A DNA stretch of 45,668 nucleotides from Thermodesulfobacteriota bacterium (lineage in GTDB: Bacteria; Desulfobacterota; Desulfobulbia; Desulfobulbales; SURF-16), in assembly GCA_040755455.1 (NCBI GenBank), contig JBFMAY010000036.1, positions 1 through 45,668 on the forward strand, in the 5' to 3' direction. Under the pieces are notes generated by a model that worked only from the letters and a program-made list of their open reading frames with translations, was not told where the DNA came from and did not search any database. Positions 1-8,211 of this stretch are shown one piece after another. Numbering within the stretch: position 1 is the stretch's first letter; the number at the start of each line of letters is the position of its first letter. Both the position numbers and the translations under genes were made by a program.

Positions 1-73
1 ATTTTCCCTCCGTGCAATCCTTCTGAAAAATTCCTCCGAGGCATTCCCCTATATAAGGTCAGGCCCGCGGCTT

Positions 74-131
74 CTTGAACAAAGGATTGAAAGCGACAAA
101 AAGACGTCGCATCAATCCTTATTGGTTCGCT
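74..131 (-). other. attC-like recombination site of cassette 2 (58 bp, atypical)
   Basis: Minus strand reads AGCGAAC-CAAT-AAGGATTGATGCGAC-loop-GTCGCTTTCAATCCTTT-GTTCAAG, an imperfect hairpin bounded by AAC/GTT. The outer AGCGAAC exactly complements the cassette core GTTCGCT at 461-467. L-box spacing is non-canonical and orientation is ambiguous. Confidence 0.6.
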
Positions 132-137
132 GTTCAT

Positions 138-452
138 CTATTCCAATTCATATTTTTCCAAGATGTTTTTCTTCTTCTCTTTCCATGAGAAGAGGTCTGA
201 TTGCTTAAAATCCTCACGGTATGTCGGGTCAGATAACACATGTTTAAGAACAAATCGACATGCATCTGATTCCAGAGAGAAGCTTTGATGGATGAGGAAG
301 TTGCCCCGCTCATTTAAAATTACTAACCAAGAGCCATCCTCCTGTTCATTGAGGCATAATGCTCCTTCGACAAGTGGTCGAGGATTGATCAGGCATGCCT
401 GCTTGCTGATTTTCTCTTCCGTCAGAATTTCATTAAGTTGATCGATATTCAT
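138..452 (-). CDS. Cassette-borne hypothetical protein, immunity-protein-like
   Basis: 104-aa ORF with GAGG RBS, bracketed by cassette core sites. The W-x-V-x3-ERG...F-x2-E-x-DAC pattern resembles small proteins found after TNT-domain toxins (recalled similarity). Confidence 0.7.
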   Translation of the reverse strand: MNIDQLNEILTEEKISKQACLINPRPLVEGALCLNEQEDGSWLVILNERGNFLIHQSFSLESDACRFVLKHVLSDPTYREDFKQSDLFSWKEKKKNILEKYELE

Positions 453-467
453 TTTTCCTCAGCGAAC

Positions 468-755
468 GAGCCTGTAGGAAAAGTCCTACGACGTGTCTAG
501 CTTTTTGTTTTGTGAGATTTTTTACAAAATCTTTTCTAGTCAACCATTCGAAATAAAAGGATTTTTTATCTCTGTTTAACTTGCTTTATTTCGAAGTTAA
601 TCAACATATCTCTCAAAACTGAAGTAACAACTTGAAAATATGTATTTTTTTACCTTTAGTTCACCGTTCTTGACAGCGAAATCTCGTCAAAATAGAAGTA
701 AAATTCAGCATAATTGCAGTTAAAATTGTCACCGAAAGGCTTTTTCTACAAGCTC
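468..755. mobile_element. MITE / non-autonomous IS derivative, 288 bp
   Basis: Terminal inverted repeats GAGCCTGTAGGAAAAGTCCT (468-487) and GAGCTTGTAGAAAAAGCCT (reverse complement of 737-755). AAC direct repeat on both sides (465-467, 756-758). AT-rich interior with no ORF in the track. Confidence 0.8.
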
Positions 756-874
756 AACGTTGAGCTAACCTGCGCCAAGTGAACTAGGACTAACCGGATA
801 GCACTTAAACACCGAAGTGAATTAGGTCAAAAAAACCAGCGGGCTTGGCGTCAGTGTTGAGCGACTTGTTATAA
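752..874 (-). other. Integron attC site of cassette 1 (123 bp)
   Basis: Minus strand: R'' TTATAAC, spacer AAGTC, arm GCT(C)AAC(A)CTG(A)CGCCAAG pairing with CTTGGCGCAGGTTAGC (three extrahelical bases), spacer TCAAC, R' GTT. R'' complements the cassette start GTTATAA at 1367-1373. Confidence 0.92.
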
Positions 875-898
875 ATTTACAATATTCCTGCCTACTAA

Positions 899-1363
899 TC
901 ATATAAATGGTTTACTAAATCCTGAGATAACAAATGTAATTAGAATGTAATAAATAATAAAAGGTATGATTAGCGTGACAAGCGCTACTGTTGCAGCAGC
1001 ATAACTACCAAATTCACTTAACAAATCTTTCTTATAATAAATACAATATAAAGCACTTATTATAATATTGGTCATAACTGAACCTACTCCAAACTTAATA
1101 TAATTGCTTAATCTATTTTCAAATATATTATTGTATAAAATAGCAAAAACAAACGTCACTATTAAAGGTACAATGATTTTAAAAATCCCTGAATTTTTAC
1201 TTGGGATTCCATTTTTATCTTTATTCTCATCAATATTTTCTTTCGGATAAAGGACAGATTTCCATTTGCGAGGATCTTTATCCCCATAAATGAAGCGCAA
1301 CAGTAAATAAGATCCGCTAAAAGATATAATTAAGAAGATTATGAAGGCTATTGTATCAATCAT
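899..1363 (-). CDS. Cassette-borne hypothetical membrane protein
   Basis: 154-aa very AT-rich ORF with about four hydrophobic segments. ATG lies 3 nt after the core site GTTATAA; the stop is followed by an attC. Confidence 0.8.
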   Translation of the reverse strand: MIDTIAFIIFLIISFSGSYLLLRFIYGDKDPRKWKSVLYPKENIDENKDKNGIPSKNSGIFKIIVPLIVTFVFAILYNNIFENRLSNYIKFGVGSVMTNIIISALYCIYYKKDLLSEFGSYAAATVALVTLIIPFIIYYILITFVISGFSKPFI

Positions 1364-1366
1364 AAT

Positions 1367-1547
1367 TTATAACATTGTTAATAAGTGGAAACTTTCCATA
1401 ATATCACCGCCTATAGACGGACAAATTTTCCACTTATTTTAATATTAAAATAGAAAACATGGAAAATCTCTTCCCGCGCTGTCCACTTATTACGTTGTCG
1501 TCCGGTATTTTCCACTTATTGCAATATTAAACGGCAAACCATGGAAA
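1367..1547 (-). other. Putative attI-like array leader with repeated TCCACTTATT motifs
   Basis: Core site GTTATAA (1373-1367), inverted motif AATAAGTGGAA (~1380-1390), 41-bp imperfect direct repeats at 1425-1465 and 1507-1547, and another TCCACTTATT at 1482-1491. Confidence 0.45.
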
Positions 1548-1786
1548 GAGCAGCCGATTAAGCAAGCGGGCAGGGGTGGCACATCGGCCAGGGACCACTA
1601 TGCCCAGCGTGTCATCGGTTTTGCTTTTATCAGGCTGTAATCCTGACACATTCCTATAATGGAATTGCCCGGTTGTCAAGAGGACAGAGTGCCGCATCTT
1701 CGCAGAGTTGGGCGTCAATGTCATTGGCTTGAGAAAAAGCGAACAGCCCGCGCCGTCACCACGGGGTCTGGAACTACCGGAACGGT

Positions 1787-1814
1787 CTGGATTCCGGCCT
1801 TCGCCGGAATGACG
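1787..1814. repeat. REP-like palindrome (half of a GTCATTCCGGCGAAGGCCGGAATCCAG-type element)
   Basis: CTGGATTCCGGCCTTCGCCGGAATGACG; only a CGTCA remnant of the left arm is visible near 1754. Confidence 0.6.
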
Positions 1815-1911
1815 AACAAGGCTCCGGCAATAGGCGAGAAAGTTGAGTTAATGGCATTGGCTTGGGCATCTTTTGCCCATTTGTTGCGGCAGGGAGAAAA
1901 TTGTGGTGGGG

Positions 1912-1956
1912 CCAGCCCGGACATGGTGGTGATGGGGGTAACCATGACCGGGCTGG
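1912..1956 (-). terminator. Inverted repeat downstream of the Tim44-like gene, possible terminator
   Basis: CCAGCCCGG-A-CATGGT ... ACCATG-A-CCGGGCTGG; the U-tract is weak. Confidence 0.4.
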
Positions 1957-2005
1957 GGTCGGGATGTTCCCGGCCAGGGGTATGGGCGGCAGGGGGGGCG
2001 GGCCG

Positions 2006-2959
2006 TTAGCCCTGCACCCCTTCGATCCCTTCGAGTTTCCAGAGTTCCGCGCCGATGGGCCGGGCCCAGGTCCATTTTTCGGCGAATTTCACCGGGTCCG
2101 TATTGCTGCCCGAGACAATGGCGCCGCTGTGCTCATCCACCGTGTAGTCCAAGAGGTTGGCGGTAAACAGGACGGTGACGAATTCCTCGTTGTTGTCCAC
2201 CCCGGCGGCCACCACCTCAACCTTGCGCACCGCGATGTTTTCCAGTTTGTTGATGTGGCCTTTGGCCCGCATGTCGGCGAAATGTCCCTCATATTCCCCG
2301 GCCAGGCGCTGGCCGAGCAACTGGCGGTATGAGTCGATATCGCGGCGCATCCAGCCGGCCTGCACCTGGAAAAACACATCCTGGGCCACCTCCTTGAAAT
2401 GGTCCGGATCAAAACTCGGCTCGGAACGGCGGATCATGGCAATGCCTTCAGGCAGCGACATGCCGCCGCCATAAGAGGGGGGCGGGGGGGGGTAAGGCAT
2501 GCTGCCCCCTGCGCCGGGCATGCTGCCGTTGAAAAGTCCCCCCGGACCGGTCTGCTGGTATGCGGCATAGGCCGGGGCCTTGCGTTTGAAGAAACGGCGG
2601 TAAATAAAGTAGCCAATGCCGCCGAAAAGAAGGATCTGGATAAGACCGATGCCGCTGCCGGCGATGCCGCCGCCCATGCCGGCCCCGGCCAGGCTGCCGA
2701 ACAGCAGGCTGCCGATGGCCCCGCCCACCAGGCCGCCGGCCAGTCCCCGCATGAAACCGCCGCTGGAGGGGGTGCCGTATGGCTTGGTCGGGCTCTGCGC
2801 CGGCTGCTTGTTATAGGTCGGCGAGCTGCTGTAGGTCCGGCCCCCGGTGCGGGAGCGGGCGTCGGCGTCTTCCGCCATCAGTCCGATATCAAAGAGGGAA
2901 AAGAAGAAAAAAACAAACAAAAGCAGGGGAAAGCGTTTCAGGGTGTCTGACATCATCAT
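2006..2959 (-). CDS. Tim44 domain-containing protein
   Basis: Signal-like N-terminus, Gly-rich membrane segment, and C-terminal FDPDHFKE..QDVFFQVQAGW...KFAEKWTWAR Tim44-type domain. Start is among the tandem ATGs 2953-2959 after AAGGA. Confidence 0.85.
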   Translation of the reverse strand: MMMSDTLKRFPLLLFVFFFFSLFDIGLMAEDADARSRTGGRTYSSSPTYNKQPAQSPTKPYGTPSSGGFMRGLAGGLVGGAIGSLLFGSLAGAGMGGGIAGSGIGLIQILLFGGIGYFIYRRFFKRKAPAYAAYQQTGPGGLFNGSMPGAGGSMPYPPPPPSYGGGMSLPEGIAMIRRSEPSFDPDHFKEVAQDVFFQVQAGWMRRDIDSYRQLLGQRLAGEYEGHFADMRAKGHINKLENIAVRKVEVVAAGVDNNEEFVTVLFTANLLDYTVDEHSGAIVSGSNTDPVKFAEKWTWARPIGAELWKLEGIEGVQG

Positions 2960-3209
2960 TGATCCTTTTGTTACAGGGTTTATCTCGTTTTTTGCCCGGC
3001 AGGCACATGGCCGCGGCCGGCATGGCATGCGGCGGGATTATGTATATATACGTATCCGGCGTATTTTGTCAATGCCTGTCACGTCTGATCGCCGGACAGG
3101 GGGAGAGGGGATAGGTGAAAAAAACAAACAGCCGTCGCGGATTACCTGGCGCTGAAGGGGGAGCGGGGCGACGGGGCCGGGGGAGGCTGCGGGAAGACCG
3201 GCCGCCGCC

Positions 3210-4151
3210 TTACCGCATCCGTAGGCCGGGCACAATGCACGGCTCGCCGCCGCAGCGGTTTATTTCCACGGTGATGTGGGAAAGTTTGCTGAAATCAGCC
3301 AGCATTTTTTTGTAATGATCCGGGTTCCGGGGAAAATGGGTGACAATGGCGATGATGGCCGCATAATCCGCCGGCCCCACCCGCCAGACATGGATATCGG
3401 CAATGCGGTTGTCGTCCGCGCTTTCGATGGTTTGCTTGATGGCGGCCTGATAGTCTTCGGTAATGCTGCCGTCCAGCAGGATAGGGCTGGTTTCCCTGAG
3501 CAGGGAAAATGACCAGCGGGTGATGATGACCGCGCCGACCATTCCCATGACCGGATCAAGCCAGTGCCAGCCGAGAAATTTCCCGGAGATGAGAGCGGCA
3601 ATGGCCAGCACGGAGGTCAGGGCGTCGGCCAGCACGTGCAGGTAGGCGGCCTTCAGGTTGTGGTCATGGTGGTGGTGTTCGTCGTGGTCATGATCATGGC
3701 GGTCCTGCAGCAGCAGGGCGCTGATGATGTTGATGAAAAGCCCCAGGCCGGCCACGGCGATGGCCTCATTGAACGAGATGGGCTGGGGCCGCCACATGCG
3801 GTGGACCGATTCCGCCAGCATCACCAGGGCGACCACCGCCAGGGCCACGGCGCTGGCAAAGCCGCCCAACACGCTGACCTTGCCGGTGCCGAAGGTGAAG
3901 CGGGGGCTGGCGGCATGCTTGCGGGCATAGTGGTAGGCAAAGATGGTGATCAGGAAGGCGGCCGCGTGGGTCCCCATGTGCCAGCCGTCGGCCAGCAGGG
4001 CCATGGAGCCGAAGGCCGTGCCTGCCGCGATCTCCACCACCATGGTGATGGCGGTGAGAACAAGCACCTGCCGGGTGCGCCTTTCCCCGTGTTCATGGAT
4101 GACGGCAAAATCGTGGCTGTGTTGCCATCTGTGGAGCGTGTCGGTGTGCAT
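3210..4151 (-). CDS. dmeF: CDF family Co(II)/Ni(II) efflux transporter
   Basis: GSMALLADGWHMGTH, His-rich loop HDHDHDEHHHHDHN, and NLKAAYLHVLADALTS. Confidence 0.9.
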   Translation of the reverse strand: MHTDTLHRWQHSHDFAVIHEHGERRTRQVLVLTAITMVVEIAAGTAFGSMALLADGWHMGTHAAAFLITIFAYHYARKHAASPRFTFGTGKVSVLGGFASAVALAVVALVMLAESVHRMWRPQPISFNEAIAVAGLGLFINIISALLLQDRHDHDHDEHHHHDHNLKAAYLHVLADALTSVLAIAALISGKFLGWHWLDPVMGMVGAVIITRWSFSLLRETSPILLDGSITEDYQAAIKQTIESADDNRIADIHVWRVGPADYAAIIAIVTHFPRNPDHYKKMLADFSKLSHITVEINRCGGEPCIVPGLRMR

Positions 4152-4164
4152 GGCTTACAAACGT

Positions 4165-4617
4165 CTATGGTTCCATTCTCTCAATGGCGGTCGCCACTCC
4201 CTGGACGAACTCCACCCGGGCAACGTCATATTCCTCGTGCAGGTCACGGTTGACCCAGACGTTACGGTAGATGATGCTGCTGTGTCCCCTGTCGTCGTAA
4301 ACATGGACGGGAACGCTCATCCGGTCCGTCTGGGTGAGGACCCTGGTGCTGGAGTAAGTCCACACCGTGGCTTCCCCCTTGTCCGTGGTGCGGACATACA
4401 CGCGGTCCGGGGGGCCCCAGGCCAGCCTGACCATTTCCTCATTGAAGCCGATGTCGATCTGGCCCAGGCTGACCTTCTCCCGGATCTCGGGGCTGAAGGA
4501 GTTGAACACCTCCGGGTTGTCGGCGATGCGCCGGTCCCGGTAATACTGGGCTGACATGCAGCCGGTGAGGGCGCAGCAGACAAGCACGGTCATGATAAAC
4601 AGCTTGCGTATCGGCAT
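4165..4617 (-). CDS. Hypothetical lipoprotein
   Basis: Lipobox-like ALTGC, strong AAGGAGG RBS, and a GxxEEMVRLAWGPP motif. Confidence 0.75.
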   Translation of the reverse strand: MPIRKLFIMTVLVCCALTGCMSAQYYRDRRIADNPEVFNSFSPEIREKVSLGQIDIGFNEEMVRLAWGPPDRVYVRTTDKGEATVWTYSSTRVLTQTDRMSVPVHVYDDRGHSSIIYRNVWVNRDLHEEYDVARVEFVQGVATAIERMEP

Positions 4618-4670
4618 GAGATCCTCCTTGCGGATAATTTTGCGTGGCGTAACTGTTCCCGGGGGTGCCC

Positions 4671-5573
4671 CTACGCGTCTGCCTTGTCGGCGGCAAACAG
4701 GGCGCCGACAGTCCAGCGTGAGGTGCGGAAACCGGTCACGCCCATGTGGCGTGGGTTAACAAAGCCGGCATCCCCCATCAGCCGTAACTGTTCCCGGACC
4801 GGGACAGTGCCTCCTATTCACTGGGACCAGGCTTCGGCGCTGCCTGTCATGTGCCGGGGCAGATCTTGTTCCAGCACCACATCGGCAAAACGCATCTTGC
4901 CGCCGGGCTTGAGGACGCGATGAATTTCGGCGAAACATTTCTGCTTGCAGGGGGAGAGGTTGATCACCCCATTTGAGATGACCACGTCAAAGAAATCATT
5001 GCCGTAGGGGATGTCTTCCGTATCAACATGGCGGATCTCCCAGTTCTTCAGGCCGGCCCGGCGCAGATTGTCCGTGGCCCGGTGCGCCATGTGCTCCGAC
5101 AGATCGATACCGCGGACCAGGCCGCCCGGGCCGACGATGGCGGCGGCGACAAACAAATCAAAGCCCGCCCCGCAGCCGACATCAAGGACCGACTGTCCGG
5201 GCAGCAAGCCGCCCAGCGAGAAGGGATTGCCGACCCCGCAGAAGGACTCGGCAAGATCCGGGTGGGCACTGGCGATGACGGCCGGGTCATAACCCAGTTT
5301 TTCCGCCCCCTCCCGGCCGGTGGGATAGAGAAATCTGCCCACCGGCGAGCGGGCAACCTCAACATATTTCGCCCTGATCGCCTCCCTGATTTGGCGCATG
5401 TCATCAGCGGACAGGCTGCCGGCCCCGGCATGGGCTGCCCGGAGTTGGTTAAGTCCCGCGGAAGGCGCCGGAAATGCCGCAAGCTCCGCCTCCGCCTTCT
5501 GTCCGCAACCTCCCGGGCCGCCCCCCAGTGTTCAGCCTTTAGCCGGAGTCAGGTTTTTTTTGTTATCAATCAT
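4671..5573 (-). CDS. ArsM-like SAM methyltransferase, probable selenoprotein with two in-frame TGA codons
   Basis: AAGGAG RBS then ATG 5573: MIDNKKNLTPAKG-U(5532-5534)-TLGGGPGGC..., in frame with the track ORF 4818..5399 (FCGVGNP, VLDVGCGAG, DVVISNGVINL). Reads on AWSQ-U(4818-4820)-IGGTVP...GF...ADA to TAG at 4671. SECIS-like hairpins follow both TGAs. Confidence 0.85.
4789..4806 (-). promoter_or_regulatory. Putative SECIS for TGA 4818-4820
   Basis: Hairpin TGTCCCG-GTC-CGGGAACA starting 11 nt after the TGA. Confidence 0.7.
5505..5521 (-). promoter_or_regulatory. Putative SECIS for TGA 5532-5534
   Basis: Hairpin GCGGCC-CGGGA-GGTTGC about 10 nt after the TGA, with a G-rich loop. Confidence 0.5.
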
Positions 5574-5624
5574 GAGATCATCTCCTTAAGTAAAGGTTCG
5601 GTGCTCATTGGTAAAAAAGTTTGC

Positions 5625-7232
5625 TCAGAGGCAGGGGCCGGCATGCCGGATTTCCGGCGTGGTCTGGCCGGCAAACTGCTGGAAGTTTTTGGCGAACAGG
5701 CCGGCCAGCTTTACGGCCTGGGCCTTGTACGCCTCGGGATCGGGCCAGGTATTGCTGGGATTAAGCACCTCCGTCGGCACGTCCGGGCAGTGGGTCGGGA
5801 TATCCAGGCCGAAGAACGGCTCTTTTACCGTGGGCACGTCGTCGAGTCTGCCATTCAGGGCGGCGTTGACCATGGCGCGGGTGTGGGCAATGCTCATGCG
5901 CGAGCCGACCCCGTAAGGCCCGCCGGTCCAGCCGGTGTTGATGAGCCAGACTCTGGTGCCGTGGAGATCGAGCTTCCTGCCGAGCAGTTCCGCATAGCGC
6001 ATCGGGTGCATGGGCATGAACGGCGCGCCGTAACAGGCGCTGAACACCGGCGACGGTTCGGTGATGCCGCGCTCCGTTCCGGCCACCCGGGCGGTGTAGC
6101 CGGAGATGAAGTGGTACATGGCCTGCTCTTTGCTCAGTCTGGCGATGGGCGGCAGCACGCCGAAGGCGTCGGCGGAAAGAAAGATGATCGTTTTGGGATG
6201 TCCGCCCAGGCCCTCCCTGCTGGCGTTGGGAATGGCGGACACATGATAGGAGCCCCTGGTGTTTTCCGTGAAGGATTCATCATCCAGATCAACCCGCCGC
6301 GTGCAGGAATCGAGGCAGACGTTCTCCAGAATCGTGCCGAAGCGTTTGGTGGTTGAATAGATTTCCGGCTCTGCCTCCGGTGAAAGGCGGATCAGTTTGG
6401 CATAGCAGCCGCCTTCGAAGTTGAAGATGCCGTTGTCGCTCCAGCCGTGCTCGTCATCGCCGATCAGGGTCCGCGACGCATCCGCTGATAAAGTCGTTTT
6501 GCCGGTGCCGCTCAGGCCGAAAAACAGGGCGGTATCGCCGGCCGGACTGATATTGGCCGAACAGTGCATGGGCAGAATGCCCTTTTTGGGCATGAGGAAG
6601 TTCATGACGGTGAAGATCGATTTCTTGATTTCCCCGGCATAGCTGGTGCCGCCGATCAGAATCAGTTTCTTCTTGAAATTGAGCAGGATGAAGGTCTCGG
6701 AATTCGTCCCGTCCAGGGAGGGCGAGGCATGGAAATGCGGGGCATTGATGACGGTGAACTGGGGGACATGTTTTTTCAGTTCCTCATCGCTTGGCTGGAT
6801 GAACATGTTGCGGGCGAACAGGCTGTGCCAGGCGTACTGGGTGATAATGCGGATCGGCATGCGGTGTTCCGGGTCCGCCCCGGCGAAACAGTCCTGTACG
6901 TAGAGGTCCTGGGTCTGCAGATGCAGAGACATACGCTGATGCAGTTGATCAAAATAGGCCCGGGAAATAGATGCATTATTGGCGCCCCACCAGATATCCT
7001 TTTTGGTCGACGGCTCCTCGACGAAAAATTTGTCCCGGGCCGAGCGGCCGGTGTGCTGGCCGGTGCGCACCACGATGGGACCCAGGTGGGACAGGCGGCC
7101 TTCGCCGCGGGTGAGGATCTTTTCATAAAGCCTGGAGGTGGGCAGGTTCCAGAAAATTTCGTTGAGATTGGTCAGGCCGTGATTTTCCAGGCCATAGTTG
7201 GTGAAACTGCTACACTTTTTCTCTTTCTTCAT
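5625..7232 (-). CDS. pckA: Phosphoenolpyruvate carboxykinase (ATP)
   Basis: TGRSARDKF, YAGEIKKS, FFGLSGTGKTTLS, LIGDDEHGW, NFEGGCYAK; start taken at MKKEKK. Confidence 0.97.
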   Translation of the reverse strand: MKKEKKCSSFTNYGLENHGLTNLNEIFWNLPTSRLYEKILTRGEGRLSHLGPIVVRTGQHTGRSARDKFFVEEPSTKKDIWWGANNASISRAYFDQLHQRMSLHLQTQDLYVQDCFAGADPEHRMPIRIITQYAWHSLFARNMFIQPSDEELKKHVPQFTVINAPHFHASPSLDGTNSETFILLNFKKKLILIGGTSYAGEIKKSIFTVMNFLMPKKGILPMHCSANISPAGDTALFFGLSGTGKTTLSADASRTLIGDDEHGWSDNGIFNFEGGCYAKLIRLSPEAEPEIYSTTKRFGTILENVCLDSCTRRVDLDDESFTENTRGSYHVSAIPNASREGLGGHPKTIIFLSADAFGVLPPIARLSKEQAMYHFISGYTARVAGTERGITEPSPVFSACYGAPFMPMHPMRYAELLGRKLDLHGTRVWLINTGWTGGPYGVGSRMSIAHTRAMVNAALNGRLDDVPTVKEPFFGLDIPTHCPDVPTEVLNPSNTWPDPEAYKAQAVKLAGLFAKNFQQFAGQTTPEIRHAGPCL

Positions 7233-7342
7233 GCACGAACTCCAGATTGGGGATTGTGTTGATGATGCGAATAAATATGGCGGTGGATTGTACTTTCTCC
7301 GCACGGAAAAGCGATGGTCCGCGTTGTTGTTGCGATCTGAGG

Positions 7343-7705
7343 CTAACCACCGGCGCGTTTGACATTATAACCTTGTTTTTTCAGCTCTTCCATCACGATG
7401 TTGCGCTGGTCTCCCTGAATTTCAATAATTGCTTCCTTCACGGTGCCGCCGCTGCCGCATTTCTGTTTCAGCTGAGCGGCAAGCCGGCGAAGCCCGGCAG
7501 GGTCCAGTGGCACCCCGGCGATGAGGGTCATGCCTTTGCCCCTGCGGCCCTTGGTTTCCCATCCCACCCGCACCAGCCCGCCGTGTTGGGGGATATTTTT
7601 TGTGGCTTGGCAGGAGCAGGCCGGGGCGGGATTGCCGCAGCCGGGGCACATCCGGCCGTGCTCTGTTGAGTAAACGGGGCCGGGGCCGTTATTTTTTTTC
7701 CGCAT
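7343..7705 (-). CDS. yciH: SUI1 family translation initiation factor / inhibitor
   Basis: ETKGRRGKGMT, LKQKCGSGGTVK and IEIQGD motifs. Confidence 0.9.
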   Translation of the reverse strand: MRKKNNGPGPVYSTEHGRMCPGCGNPAPACSCQATKNIPQHGGLVRVGWETKGRRGKGMTLIAGVPLDPAGLRRLAAQLKQKCGSGGTVKEAIIEIQGDQRNIVMEELKKQGYNVKRAGG

Positions 7706-7935
7706 GGAACATGTCTTAACCGGGAAAATCAAGGGGAAAGCGCTTCCGCAGACCCGGAACGCGCAACAGTGAAACTCTCATCGCCCCACCATCATACCAT
7801 TATTTGCCCAAAGGATGTAAAGGCAAGTTTCGGGGAATGATAATTTTTTCCCTTCCGCCCGCTGATGGTGCAGTGGGTTCTGGGATAACTCATTGGATCA
7901 AGGGCGGAACTGCCCGCTGCGGGCCGGGGGTTTGC

Positions 7936-8157
7936 TCAATCCTTGCCGGGGGGTGAGAGGGGCTGTGGAACGCTGCCGTCATCACCGGGGAGGCGGTAGC
8001 CCAGGCCGCCGCACTCCGGGCATTCTTCCCAGGAGAGCAGGAACCTGCTTACTCCCAGGAAGGAGCTTATCTGCCCTGACCCATTACAGAGCTGACAGAT
8101 GCTCTTTTGCTGTTTTTTTGGCTCCGCGTCGGGCGGCATCGTTTTTTTCGTGCGCAT
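7936..8157 (-). CDS. Small DnaJ-type zinc-finger protein
   Basis: CQLCNGSG ... CPECGGLG (two CxxCxGxG repeats). Confidence 0.7.
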   Translation of the reverse strand: MRTKKTMPPDAEPKKQQKSICQLCNGSGQISSFLGVSRFLLSWEECPECGGLGYRLPGDDGSVPQPLSPPGKD

Positions 8158-8211
8158 CGGCAGTCCGGGTAATAAACGCCGCGTGGGCGGTGAAGTGCCA
8201 GGAGCAAGGAT

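Noticed and set aside
1425..1547. Direct repeats as a mini CRISPR array
   Set aside because: Only two imperfect copies, the motif recurs inside the spacer, and no cas genes are present.
1527..2009. Short ORFs between the array leader and the Tim44-like gene as a possible integrase remnant
   Set aside because: No tyrosine-recombinase motifs; the WIPAFAGMT and VIPAKAGIQ peptides are just translations of the REP-like palindrome.
4648..4797. 15-bp direct repeat CGTAACTGTTCCCGG at about 4648 and 4783
   Set aside because: Only two short copies, one inside coding/SECIS sequence, with no element structure; may be chance or a small local duplication.
7900..7938. TGA of the zinc-finger gene followed by a GC hairpin as a possible further Sec site
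   Set aside because: The loop lacks the GGTC or G-rich apex, there is no Cys-motif context, and the read-through peptide is unrecognisable.
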